63,536 nucleotides of DNA, filler included, from Olpidium bornovanus S191 (GCA_017911155.1; 31 parts of 31 records of this genome joined end to end with filler, not necessarily neighbours in it), one strand, 5' to 3'; numbered from the whole stretch's first letter, positions 11,475 to 25,700 are shown. The notes: generated from the letters alone by a model not told the origin. Numbers and translations are program-made.

Positions 11475-11850
11475 TTATGGACGAACGAGTTGGCCAGCGT
11501 CGACCGCAGCGTCAGGCGGCCGGGGGGCGCGGCGGGGGTTGGGCAGCTGGGACGGCGGGGGCGGCGGGGAGCGGGGGACGAAGCTCTGGGTGCAATCGGA
11601 AGCAGCGGGCTTCGACGTGCCCAAACTGCTGGCAATGCGTGCACTTCGGCCGATTAGGGACGGCGGTCGGTGCGGGGGGGCGGGGTGCGGCGGGGCGAGC
11701 GGTGCCAGGTGGGGGTGGTTCGTTTCCGTCGGCGAGTCGACGGGAACATGGCGACAGGTGCCACATGCGGCACTTCTCGTCGATGCAGGCGTCACCGGCC
11801 GAGCAGTGGGGGACGTTACTGCTCGTGCGGGCCGAGGGGGCCAAGCGCTT
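11475..11850 (-). mobile_element. LTR-retrotransposon gag remnant with CCHC zinc knuckle
   Basis: KCTHCQQFGHVEARCFRLHPELRP = CX2CX4HX4C in a Pro-rich context. No downstream pol within the contig. Confidence 0.75.
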
Positions 11851-12249
11851 CCAACCTGGTGTAGTGATACGTTCGAAGGAGGAAGGACGTTTGAGTCTAT
11901 TCGGTGTGCCCAGGGGGCAGACTGGTTATATAGGTAGAGGTCACGTGCCCAGTCGACGTCGAGAGGGGCACACTACAATCCCCCCCCTCTACTGAGACGC
12001 GCGTCCCCGCGCGGTATCAGTCGACGGGGGACGGAAACGACGATGGAGGGTGATCAACGAGGGGACGTTCGAAGAGAAAAAGAGAAAAGAAAAAAAGAAA
12101 AAAGGCAGAATGGGAAGCTAGCCGCACCAAAAACCCAGCCCGTCATCTCCTTTTTGCCCGGGACGGAAAAGAGTACTAGCAGGACGGGAGCTAATTGACG
12201 GGGAGAGAACTTGCGCTGGTCGACGAAAACTTGCGCTGGTCGACGACAA

Positions 12250-12370
12250 CTTGGCAACTGCTCAATGCAAGGTAAGTGTAACAAGTGTATTATTTATCTG
12301 CGCAATGCGCTATCTGGAGATAATGTATACACGAGTCTAGCTCTGGAATCTGGATCTGGATCTGGATGTT
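12250..12370 (+). repeat. Dispersed repeat family B (second copy at ~40695-40810)
   Basis: Shared tgtaacaagtg..tctgcgc..gcgct..ctgga..gtat.cac.a.tctagctctgg..tctggatgt. Both copies lie on contigs carrying retroelement debris. Confidence 0.65.
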
Positions 12371-14734
12371 GTGCTGGGATTTTTGTGTCGACGANNNNNN
12401 NNNNNNNNNNNNNNNNNNNNNNNNNNNNNNNNNNNNNNTTAATTAATTAANNNNNNNNNNNNNNNNNNNNNNNNNNNNNNNNNNNNNNNNNNNNGCATGG
12501 AAGTCGCACAGGGACAGGGCCCCGTGCACGCACGTGTGCCCGGCCCGCGTCCAAAACCGTCGCAAAAAGCTAACCGACCAATCTCATTCCCCCGCCAAGC
12601 AAAATTTGGCCTTCGCAAACTGTTCCGCAGAGGGACCGTTCACGCCCAGCCGGCGGGGGCTGTTTCGGAGTTTTGACTCTGGGACGGAGGGTGAAGCGGG
12701 AAATTGTGGAAGAGCAGTGCGGTGCGGAGGCTCCCGGGGACCGTTGCCGATAACCCGGATGACAACAGACGGCAACAGCTGATAGCGTGGCGGGCTTCCG
12801 ACGCAGCGGCCGGGGTTTTCTTCGGCGACGGGTCCCGCCGCATTCACTGCGGTCCTGCCGTCGACGGCATCTCCGGTCGCGAATTTGGCATGAGAATTGA
12901 GTCGGAGGCGACGGCGCCTTCGCTCAATTCGAGCATCGCTGGGTTTGGTGCGGCCGGCGTCTGCAGTGCAATTTCGGTATGAGGGGATCGGTACAAAAAA
13001 AATAGGCCTCCGTGGACTTAGCCGCGCAAAGTGCCGGTTTTGTGCGGTGGGCGCTAGCAACCGGTAGGCCGATCAGGGCGACGGCCAAGGTGCCGCGACG
13101 GTGGGCGCGATGTGCCTAGCAAAGGCCTCGGGAGAGAAGTTCGCTGTCGGAGAGGAAATCCTGCAGACCGGCCTTCCGCGTCGGGGGTGGGGAAGGGAGG
13201 GAGGGGGAAGCGGGGCGTTCGTGAGTGCCTCCTGGCCCCGCTTGCGGACGGGACTCTCCAAAGTCCCGTCAGGAAAGGTTGGAAGCCGAGCGTTGTCCGG
13301 GTTCCTTTCTGAGGGAGGCTGCGCATGAAACGATTCACGGCTGACGGCGCAGCGCACGCCGGCACCGGAGCAGCCCCGCAAAGAACGCGCCTCCGCGAAC
13401 TACTGCGATACCGTGAATTGATGGGCTTGACCAGAGAATGCGCAACGGCGCGGATTACGGAAGGCGATGGCGAAGAAGACCACGGATGCTCCAGCGACGT
13501 GGAACGACAGCGATGTCGCCTTGCGCTTCCTCACGGCGACGATTGCATGGTCTGGTGCGTGCGCCACTCAGGCTCTTTGGTATCTTCGACCTCGTTAGGG
13601 ATCAGGAAAGAGAAGATAGCGGCTCGTTGGAGCGCATCACGGCACCGTTTTGGGGAAATTTCTTTANNNNNNNNNNNNNNNNNNNNNNNNNNNNNNNNNN
13701 NNNNNNNNNNTTAATTAATTAANNNNNNNNNNNNNNNNNNNNNNNNNNNNNNNNNNNNNNNNNNNNACCAAAATCCCCACACCAGAACGGGACGCCCCTT
13801 GTGAATGGCAATGGCCGCACACCAGAAAAAGGGCAACCCCATCGACCGGCAAGAGACCCATACGTACCAGAACGATCTAGCCCCATGAACCCCGAGGGGC
13901 GCAGCCAGAAAGGGAAACCCCTAAAAATTGACCAAGAAAAATCAAAAAGGCATGAAGTGAGTTTCTTCCTTTTCTGTGCTTAACCTAAAACTTTAACTCG
14001 GTTATAATTTACCGGAAAGTACCTGGGCAACCTTATCACAGCATGGCCCGCCGCCTTGTCATCCCACCCCAACAGAACGGGCTATCTTTCTGCAATCGTC
14101 AGGTGATAGACCTCTTCCCACGGTCGACCCTGCACCTTCCGTCGCATCCCCGAGGGCGTAGGCCTGCCCCCGCTGCCGCAGCAAGTCCGGTTCCTGGTGC
14201 TCCCGGTCTTCTCCCAGTTCGGGGACCAATGCGCGCGAAATTTACTTTGCCGTTGTGCGGCAAAACGCTTTCTTGCTGGTTATCGCGTTTCGTAATTTTT
14301 CAAAACCAGCCATGGTGATATGGCGTTTATCGCTTCCCTGGACAATTTACTTCGCCTTGCCAACGCGACCACACGAGGCACTTGCACCCCCTCCGGGATC
14401 CCCCTGACAAGAGTTGTAAATATGTCTCAAAGCACTTGTGTGATCATACTGAGTGAGCACAAAAGCATCGACCGGCCAATGACTTCATGAAACTCTTTCG
14501 CCTTTGACCAACGCAACAGCAAACGCGTCCGCCGGAAGTTGGAGGGCGTCATCATAGCTGACAAACCTAATTTTCCTGCAAAGTTATGATTGGCTATACC
14601 TGGTATTCCTAGTAATTTGGTATATATTTGGATAGATCAGTGCCAAAATGCTCTGGTCCACAACGTATGTTTAACAATCAGAATCTCCACGGGACCCATC
14701 CAGACTTGATCGGCCATATGTAAAATCTTTGACT

Positions 14735-14793
14735 TTCTCACTCTCACTCTCTCTCTCTCCCTCTCTCTCTCTCCCTCTCTCTCTGTCGCTCAC

Positions 14794-14840
<47 letters not shown>

Positions 14841-15000
14841 CTCTCTTTCTCTCTTTCTCTCACTCACTCACTCTCTCTCTCTCTCTCTCTCTCTCACTTT
14901 CTCTCTCTCTCTCTCTCACTCTCTCTCTCTCTCTCTCTCATTTGCTTTCTTGCTCTCTCTCAGTCTATCTCTCTTTCTCTTTCTCTCTTTCTCTCTTTTT
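14735..15000. repeat. (CT)n microsatellite, imperfect
   Basis: About 260 nt of CT dinucleotide repeat. Confidence 0.95.
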
Positions 15001-15139
15001 CCCATCTTGCCTGTGGTAAGGTCCATAGCTGCGGAAGCGNNNNNNNNNNNNNNNNNNNNNNNNNNNNNNNNNNNNNNNNNNNNTTAATTAATTAANNNNN
15101 NNNNNNNNNNNNNNNNNNNNNNNNNNNNNNNNNNNNNNN

Positions 15140-16531
15140 CCATGGGTTATAATCGCGGTAGGCTTGACTTGGTGCTTTACTGCAAGAGCGTCGGCGAGAG
15201 AAAGTAGCGAGAAAAGTAAAACTTATGCTTGTACTTAGGGACAGCGGCACGCCAGATGGCCACCTCCGAATCTGCCCTGCCCCGCCCGCTTTTCTTTCCA
15301 CCCTCTCCCGCCAAGTCCCTCGTCACCAAACCTCGGAAGTAACAACAAAACCACGCGGATGACGTACACAGCTGGATTAGATCGAATGGCGATCGGTCCT
15401 CCGCGTCCTGCATCATGTTCAGCACTCGATCAGATGTCGCAAAATATGCGCATCCAAGCCGACCATTGCGGCAGGAAACCGCAAGGACAGCCTGCCCCGA
15501 TCAGATAGCTGTGAGTTGTGCGATTAATTCCAGACCCAAAGCACGCTCACGATAAGCACCTGGTCCTGGTTTGCAACATCGCTCGGCGAATCATGCACGT
15601 CCAAGTTCAAATCCCGGCTTGGGGACGGCGACGTCCCACTGGTCCGGTTGGTTGTAGCCACGTCAATCTCACTGCGGAAACGTACAGCGGGGCCCATTCG
15701 TTTTGCCGAGCGGGGTGCCGTTTCGCTTGCGGCACGGCGTGGGCAAACGTCAGGGTCCGTGCGGGCGGGAACTGGGGAAAGGCCCTTCACCGAGATATCG
15801 CTAGAGAAAAGTGTTGCAGATTGGTGGGCGGTCCGCGGAAGATCTCCAAACCCAGACCCGCCATCACTTTGGAGTGGGCTGAACACGGGGGAACCGCTGC
15901 TGCAGGGAGCAAGCAAAGCCGGAACACGTTTCCGTTCCGCCGGAACTCTCGCTGAGCATGATAAGGGGGTTCTAACGTGTTGGTGCGCATGGGACCTGTC
16001 CTGCTCCTCGCCTTCAAAAAGGGCATGCACGAACAATTGGCTGGCAGACGCTGGTCGGGTCACTGGCGTTCGGACGATATGCGAAGAGCTCGAGATACCG
16101 GGTGACATTGCCGTACTTCCAGCAGGCGCGTGACAACCGTTGTCCGTTCCAGGGACAACGCGTGTTCGCATGGTCGGCGAGTCTCTAGCATGCCCGGAGG
16201 CTTTGAGGTGCGTCGGAAGCTCCACTTCCATCAACTCAATGTTCCCATGGTCATCAATGTCGGCAACTGGCTCTAACGGAGAAACATTTCGGAGAACGGA
16301 CGGAGATTCCCCGCCTTTTGTTCTTTGCAACTCGGCGTCTGCAGAGATTGCAGAATGCCAAGAGGGCCCGAAGGGCACAAGGCATGACGATGACCCGGAG
16401 AGTTGCTTCCCATATCGTGGTCCGTTATAAAGTTTGGTGAATTTCGTTGGCGTTTCAAGCTGCGCAGGGAGTGACGATCCCCCCGCCATGCTGTACTCTT
16501 CAATTGTATGGGTTCGAGCTGGCGCACTCAT
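15140..16531 (-). CDS. MSH5: MutS homologue 5 (meiotic), N-terminal part. Exons ~16531-15560, 15491-15368, ~15179-<15140
   Basis: Spliced ..NQDQ|AVLAVSCRNGRLGCAYFATSDRVLNMMQDAEDRSPFDLIQL|LKHQVKPTAIITH resembles the human MSH5 N-terminal block ([40 protein letters not shown]). Preceded by ~320 aa of low-complexity sequence. Confidence 0.78.
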
Positions 16532-16707
16532 ACGATCGAGACCTGCTTGCCAGCTGCGTTTGCGGGTTAAGGGTATCTCTGCAAGCTCCTCGGGGTTTGC
16601 TGGTGTCNNNNNNNNNNNNNNNNNNNNNNNNNNNNNNNNNNNNNNNNNNNNTTAATTAATTAANNNNNNNNNNNNNNNNNNNNNNNNNNNNNNNNNNNNN
16701 NNNNNNN

Positions 16708-18520
16708 AAAGTCCGAGTCGGGCGAGCCATTGAGCGTCGATAAGACGTCTGAGATGATCGACAGATATTTTGGTGAGGTCAAGGCTCTGTGCCACCACGA
16801 GTAAGCCACCATTAGTTTTGGTTGCTGTAGGGCTCCACGCAGAGCTGCCAGTACGCTGAATGTGCCTGTCCTGTTCCAGGCCTGACAACGCCTCCACCTC
16901 GCTCAAGTTCGTCTACACCGCTATGCACGGCGTTGGAGCACCCTTTGCCCAGAAAGCTTTTGCTAGCTTTGGGTTCAAGGAGTTCCTTATCGTTAAGGAG
17001 CAAGTGGATCCCGACCCGGATTTTCCGACAGTTGCTTTCCCGAACCCCGAGGAGGGCAAGGGCGCTCTTGTATGTCCAATGACACGACCGGCAGTCGAAA
17101 GATTATCTGCGTCATAAGCACAGCGCGTCCTGAAGTCACATCTGCCCCACCGCGTTGGCTATAGGCTCTTGCGGTAGCAACTGCTGAGCGCGAGGGAGCC
17201 AGCCTCATTTTTGCCAATGACCCGGATGCCGATCGTCTTGCCGTCGCCGAGAAACAGCGCGAGCAAGTGGAAGCCCTCGTGAATTAGTTGCGTCTCGGGC
17301 TGAAAAGATTTGATTTTTGCTGATAGCACCGTTATATCAGCGGTAAGTGGACGATCTTTTCTGGAAACCAGATCGGCGTCATGCTTGCCTCATACATCTG
17401 GAAGAACTGGAAGGCCTCTAACGGCGACGGCGGTCAGTGCGATCCAGATTTCCGCAGAAAGCGTATGCGGCCGACAACGTTTGCGCGCGAAACCGCCCGC
17501 TCAACACGAACTTTTTCCAGATAAGGTCGCCATGCTCGCCAGCGCCGTCTCATCAAAGATGCTGGAACGCATGGCGCAGGTCGAGGGGTTCCATTTCGTG
17601 GAAACACTCACCGGCTTCAAATGGCTTGGAAACCGCGCCATGGACCTGGAAGAGAAGGGGATGAAGGTCCTTTTTGCGTACGAGGAGGCCATTGGTATGG
17701 GCACATGGTGGGAACCTGGCCCGTGCCTGAAGTGGTTCGCAATGGTCCGTCATTCGCGCTGATTTTTCTTCGCTTGTAGGCTTCATGGTAGGCGACGTTG
17801 TCCGCGACAAGGACGGCATTAGCTCCGTCGCCTGCTTTGCCGAGTTTGCCACTCAACTGCACAAGAAAGGCCAGCTTGTCGGGGAATGCTTGGATGAGAT
17901 GTACGACAGGTGAGTCTGTTAGTTCGCGGAACGCGAGGCGGTCGCGCGCGGTAATCGCGTTTGCCTGACGACCCCATTGCAGGTACGGCTACTTTGTCTC
18001 CAACAACTCCTACTTTATCTGCCACCACAAGCCGACGATCGACAGGGTTTTCAACAAGATCCGTTTCGGCGAGAACCCGGTGCGTATTTTTGGATATGGT
18101 CTCGTCGCGTCTTGGCTTTAATCTTTTGGCTGAATTGTATTTCTGCTCTGTGCCTTTCTTCCATGGCAGGTTCCATCGCAGGACGTAAGTATCCTGAAGT
18201 TCGACTTTTGACTTCGTTCAGTTCGGAGAACGAGGGAATTTCGGCTTTTGTCTCCGTCCACTTTCGGGGAATAGGGGAGCGAGGGAAAAACTTCGCTGAC
18301 TTTTTATCCAACATCCAACTTGATGAATAGCCTCGATACCCGCATGCTCTTCAATACCCTACCCGGGTCGGCGGCGTTCCTGTCACTTACATCTGTGACT
18401 TGACTATCGGTTACGACAGCCAACGGCCGGATAAAACGCCCCTGCTCCCGACGTCCGCGTCCTCGCACATGATCTCGTTCCGCCTGGAGAACGGATGCTA
18501 CTTTACGCTGCGGACGAGGT
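16708..18520 (+). CDS. PGM2: Phosphoglucomutase/phosphopentomutase, PGM2/Pgm3(Prm15) family, multi-exon, partial
   Basis: [45 protein letters not shown] (metal-binding loop), [43 protein letters not shown]. Confidence 0.96.
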
Positions 18521-18796
18521 TCGTCAACGGCTAAACCGGTTTTTCTGCGGTTTTTTTCTCCGCCAAATCGAACCCACATGAGCGAGATCCCGCTGCAGAG
18601 CCGGGCGGTGCGGACCGCCCGCGTGCAGGCGAAGTGCCTCTCGCGGACGACCGCCCACGTCAGCGAGTTCATCCGGATCAAGGTCGTGCTCACCCCNNNN
18701 NNNNNNNNNNNNNNNNNNNNNNNNNNNNNNNNNNNNNNNNTTAATTAATTAANNNNNNNNNNNNNNNNNNNNNNNNNNNNNNNNNNNNNNNNNNNN

Positions 18797-20260
18797 ACAA
18801 CGCCCGATATGTCCAAAACTCGTTTACGGTTTACATCGTAGGCGATTCTGGGACGCCTGCTTCTGTCTTCGCCCAGTTCCAAGCTTCCACACAAGAAGAA
18901 ATGGAGAAATGGACATGGGCCATAACGTCAAGAAAAGAAGAACTGGACCTCAAAAGCGGCGTCGCAGTGGAGAGCGAAGTAGCGGTACGGCCGGCGCCGA
19001 CGGATAAATAATTAGCAGTATTGCCGCGCTTCGTCGGGCTTCTCTGTCATAACCAACCCCAGCTCCCGATAAATACAGATGCAACTGGCGTCACGGAGGC
19101 TTCACCTTTCGCGGACAGCCAGCCGGTTGTCGACCTTTGGCACAGTGTTGGATAGGCAGGAGATCCAGCCAATCCAGGAGGAAAGAACACTTGAGAGAAG
19201 CCCATCAGGGAAGTTGGCGGCTCCTTGTCAACGTGCTGCTTCGCCAATAATTACGCCGACGAACGAGCTCCCGGACTTGCGGGTACCCGCGAGGGAGCAG
19301 GAAGTACGTAGCAGCACAAGGTCTCCACTCCGCCAGAGTTTGACTTCACTCAACCGCCCGCCGACAGAGAATACAGAGGAATTTGAGGTGCTGCCGGCCG
19401 ATCACATCACGAGGTCGGCATCTGTTGCGGGACCGGCCGATGCCGGCGACGCGTCAGAAGATTTGGGCGCCGCCGAAGACATGGAGACAGACCAGTTCAT
19501 TGGTGGAGCCATACAATTACCCCGCAGCAAGAATAGTAAAAGTCTTTGCAAGCAGCACGAGCAGTTGACATACGAGCAGGCTGCGGTGAGCATACAAAGT
19601 TTCTGGAAAGGGAGCCGGTAAGGAAATACCGGAATGTCATTGGTACGGCCAAGCCGGACACGGCGTGGGACGTACGGAGCTGATTCGAGCTGCTTCGTGG
19701 GGCGATGGCGCTTGTCAGAGTTCGCCGCGACTATCTGCTACGGAGAAAGCGGACCGTCACGATTCAGGCATACGTGAGGCGACATCTGGCCAAGCGGGCG
19801 TTGAACAGCATACGGCGGGAGGGCATGGTGGCTAAATTTCAGCCCAAACGGACGAGGGTGCTCATGGAACTCTACGCGACGGAGATGAGTTACGTAAGCG
19901 ACCTTGACACCGCCATTCGGGTAGGATATCCTGACGAGAGGTTTATGATTCCGCGTCTCGTTGATGTGCCCATAAGGTAATTGAACGTGTTATCAGGTTT
20001 TTCTGAAACCATTGCGAGCCCTGTTTGAAACGCCCACGTCGAAAAAGGGTGGCGTCGGACGAGAACAGATCGCGGCGATATTCAGCAACGTCGAGGAAAT
20101 TGCGGAAAGGCACCACGGATTCGTCGAAGCGCTCGGGAAGCTGGTCGAATCGTGGGGGGAAAACGAGCGGCTGGGTTCGCTATTTATGGACATGTCGAGG
20201 TGGCTTTACGTTTACGTACCATATTGCAATAATTACGAGATATCGCACAACACACTTGGT
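18797..20260 (+). CDS. RhoGEF with PH - linker - IQ-IQ - DH domain order (partial)
   Basis: NSFTVY..QFQASTQEEMEKWTWAI (PH end), AAVSIQSFWKG and TVTIQAYVRRHLAKR (IQ), KRTRVLMELYATEMSYVSDL|VFLKPL..IFSNVEEI..HHGFVEAL..LGSLF..VYVPYCNNYE (DH). Confidence 0.88.
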
Positions 20261-20517
20261 GAGCCTCCAGCGTACCCCTCCTGGGCGTTTTTGTTTCCTG
20301 CCGGGCCCCCCCCCCCCCCTCTCGCCTCTCGCTGCTGCGAATGATGTGGCCGGCGGTCTGGTCTGCTAACCCGCCGGACCTTTATTCCCACTTTCTTTGC
20401 AATTCGAACGGGTGGTANNNNNNNNNNNNNNNNNNNNNNNNNNNNNNNNNNNNNNNNNNNNTTAATTAATTAANNNNNNNNNNNNNNNNNNNNNNNNNNN
20501 NNNNNNNNNNNNNNNNN

Positions 20518-22609
<2,092 letters not shown>

Positions 22610-23420
22610 GCTCCTGATGGGATCTGTCCTGGCGCTCTTCCTCCCTCCAGCCGACCAGGCCGGCGACCCTCCGGCAGCCGATCCCTGACGTCTTCGTCCT
22701 CCCTCGCCCCACGATCCTGTCTCCTCCTCCATGAGCCGCAAGCGGCGCGTCTGCCCCGGCAGTGTTCCGCGAGCGAGGCCGGTTCGTCGTTCCTCTGTGA
22801 CCGCACGGCGCCCTGGGACCGCTGGCCGGCGGGATGCTGGAAATCGGCCGGCAAGACAATTAGGATACGCACGTGCTGCACGTGTTTACCCTCCCTCTCG
22901 GTTTGGCTCGACTTTTTTTTTTCAACATCCAATTATCATTATCATTTTTATTATTATTATTGTTATTACCCTGCAAAACGGCTGGCCAGTGCGAAGATGC
23001 CTACCCGGCAGCGGCGGGGCACGCGGACTTCGCCGCCATGTCCAAGGGCCCTCCACAGCGGACGTGCTCACCGGCGGCATCGCGCTCCGCGCAGCAACAC
23101 TACTGGGATGCATTATTGCGCAAATTTACCACCACATAGAAGGGCCTCCACCACTCGTCTGATCGACTAGGAGAATTAGCCATTAAAAATTCGAACTAGC
23201 ATGCATACTCCAAGTGCACCAACAAGCGTGGTATGTAAACGTAAGAAAATCTGGCACGCGACCAGCGCTTTGGCCGCTCTATTTTCTAAAATGTGTTGAT
23301 GACAATTGCATCTAACGCCTNNNNNNNNNNNNNNNNNNNNNNNNNNNNNNNNNNNNNNNNNNNNTTAATTAATTAANNNNNNNNNNNNNNNNNNNNNNNN
23401 NNNNNNNNNNNNNNNNNNNN

Positions 23421-23486
23421 AAAATAAGGTAGATTCCCGGAATAGAGCAGCTCCCGAGAGCTCCTTTCGAACGCAGAATTCAACAA

Positions 23487-23490
<4 letters not shown>
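23421..23490 (+). repeat. Dispersed repeat family A, 3' part (related to 37081-37215 and 49480-49610)
   Basis: ggaatagagcagctcccgagagctcctttcgaacgcagaattcaa vs ggaatagagcagctcttcccgggagcttctttcgaccccgaattcaa. Confidence 0.7.
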
Positions 23491-23517
<27 letters not shown>

Positions 23518-23708
23518 GCCCCCCGCCACCCCAGCAAGCATGGCGTCGCAGCTGCTTCCGCTCGGTACGCCTTGGCGCCCCTCACCCCCCCCCCCCCCCC
23601 CCCCCCCCCTCCCCCCCGCCCCCCTCCCACTCCGCTCTCCCCGCACGAGGCAGCCTCCGTTTCCGCCGCGCTTCCCCGCGCAACCTCGGAAGCCACGCGC
23701 GGAAAGAG

Positions 23709-23741
<33 letters not shown>

Positions 23742-23781
23742 GGGGGGGGGAAAAAAAAAAAAAAAAAAAAAAAAAAGAGAC

Positions 23782-25002
23782 TCACCAGTCGTAAAGGGAA
23801 AACTTGCACAGCTGCGTTTGCTGCCGGTTTCCGTGGTTGGAGAAGATCCTGATCTGGATCATGTCAAACAGCCTCTTTTCGCCTTCGCCGCCGCCGCCGC
23901 CGCCGCCGCTCGCGGTCTCGGCGTGTTCCAACACGTATCTCTGCGGGCCGGGGGTCGAGGCGTCGTGCCGCACGCGGCCGAGGGAGAAGTACTCCTCGGT
24001 CTGCTCGTCCGCCGACGCCGCCGCGACGCTCACGCCGAATATTTCAACGTCTCGCGGGGCGGCCGTGCGGTCGATCTGGGGCTGGTGCAGGACGAATTCC
24101 CTCGGCAGGACCTTCTCGCCGAGCCGCAGGGTGAGGCGGCCCTCGTCGCCGGCCATCACCCAGCAGTTCTCAGGGAGGGGTTCGCGGCTCAGCGCCCAGA
24201 CCGGGTGGCGCGACAAGTCGGTCGGGGCGCCGAGAAAGTCCCAGAGCTTGCGCCGGAGATACCGGCGCGTGTCCGGGGAGAACCACCTGAAGTATCGTTC
24301 GTCCTGGCTCCGATCCGCCGTTTGCGACGTGAGCGACATCACCGGCACCGCTCCGCTCTTGATGGAAGCGCGGTCGACCCGCGCTTCCGGAATCTGATCC
24401 GGGCCTCCCGTCTGCGAACCAAGCGGCGCCACCGGCACCGCTCCGTCCTCGTGTGAAACGTGGTCGAAGCGCGTTTCGAAAATCTGCCCACCGGAATAAC
24501 TTGCGATTGGCGGCCAGTGCGCGCCCCCCTCTTGAGTTTCGTCCTCGCCGTCCGGCGCAAGATCCTGGTCAGCCTCGCCCACGTCCGTTGTTTCGCTGGC
24601 AGGCGGTTGATGCTCCGCCGTGGGAGCTGTGCCAAAGCTAACAGCGTTTTCCCCGTCCAGCAGAGCAGCCCGGCTAGCGACTTCTTTGCCCGTTGGCTCA
24701 GTTGCGGCCGGTTGATGCGCCGCAGGGGAAGCCGCCCCAAGGCTACCAGCGTGTTCCTCCTGCGGCACTGGAACACCGCCGTTTCCGCCGACGTCCGTCG
24801 TTCGACTGGGGGGCGTTTGGTGCTCCGCCGTTTGAGCCGTCCCAAGGCTCACCGCAGGCCGGCCGGCCACGTCTTCGTCCGCTGTTTCGCTTGCGGCCGG
24901 ATGACGCGCTGCCGCAGTGGGGGCTGCCCCGATGCTGACAGCGCCCTCGTCTTCGACCTCAGAAACCTTCTTGTTACTCAGCTGTATGACTGCTATCGGC
25001 TC
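23782..25002 (-). CDS. SUN (Sad1/UNC-84) domain protein, C-terminal part
   Basis: PVWALSREPLPENCWVMAGDEGRLTLRL, TAAPRDVEIFG, LGRVRHD..GPQRY and IQIRIFSNHGNRQQTQLCKFSLY follow the SUN pattern (CW.F.G..G.L.I.L, SAPKDFE, SNWGN..TC.YR). Confidence 0.82.
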   Translation of the reverse strand, partial: EPIAVIQLSNKKVSEVEDEGAVSIGAAPTAAARHPAASETADEDVAGRPAVSLGTAQTAEHQTPPSRTTDVGGNGGVPVPQEEHAGSLGAASPAAHQPAATEPTGKEVASRAALLDGENAVSFGTAPTAEHQPPASETTDVGEADQDLAPDGEDETQEGGAHWPPIASYSGGQIFETRFDHVSHEDGAVPVAPLGSQTGGPDQIPEARVDRASIKSGAVPVMSLTSQTADRSQDERYFRWFSPDTRRYLRRKLWDFLGAPTDLSRHPVWALSREPLPENCWVMAGDEGRLTLRLGEKVLPREFVLHQPQIDRTAAPRDVEIFGVSVAAASADEQTEEYFSLGRVRHDASTPGPQRYVLEHAETASGGGGGGGEGEKRLFDMIQIRIFSNHGNRQQTQLCKFSLYDW

Positions 25003-25209
25003 NNNNNNNNNNNNNNNNNNNNNNNNNNNNNNNNNNNNNNNNNNNNTTAATTAATTAANNNNNNNNNNNNNNNNNNNNNNNNNNNNNNNNNNNNNNNNNN
25101 NNAATCCTTTCCGTATATATGTTCGCTGACCTTTAATGAGGCGTTCGTCTTTCCATCCCATCGATGTCCTTTGCCGCTCATCGTTCAAACGACTTAAACG
25201 TCACCTTTT

Positions 25210-25700
25210 TCCAGGACATCATGTCCTGCCCAGCTCCACCTGCGCACATTGGGCAGGTTGTTGGCAGTCGACGAATCCGCGTAGCTCACCGCGTGCTCCC
25301 CCAAGGGGACATCAATGCGGTCCCGCATGTGCGTGGTCAGCTTCTCCGCGTGACAACTGCCCTGGTGCAGCTCCGTAAGTGTGTCAATCGATTGGTGACG
25401 ACGAATTGATTGTTGACGCTGTGTTGTCAGCAGATAAACTCAATAATGAATTATGAACGAGAAATTTTCCGCCGTCCGCTTCCGTCATGTCACTCAGTTT
25501 GGCACGCGGTCGTCTTGTAACACCTTGGACTGACATCATCAGAATTGATGCCCCGTGATGTTGCTCTGCATGTCATAGAAGCCGGACTTGTTCCTGATTC
25601 TATGCGAAAAGCTCGCCGATTGGCCGCTGTGGAGTCATACCTGTCGGTTGTCTCCGTTGTTTATGAAGGGCAGCAGCGGTCGACTTTCCTCGATGCAGAG
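25210..25700 (-). CDS. Putative coding exons of an unidentified protein
   Basis: GCTGAC..CAG acceptor near 25421 opens RQQSIRRHQSIDTLTELHQGSCHAEKLTTHMRDRIDVPLGEHAVSY.., with a GTGACG donor. No family recognised. Confidence 0.3.

Noticed and set aside
12495-13666. Several overlapping ORFs on this contig
   Set aside because: No motif or consistent splice pattern, so I could not support any as a gene.
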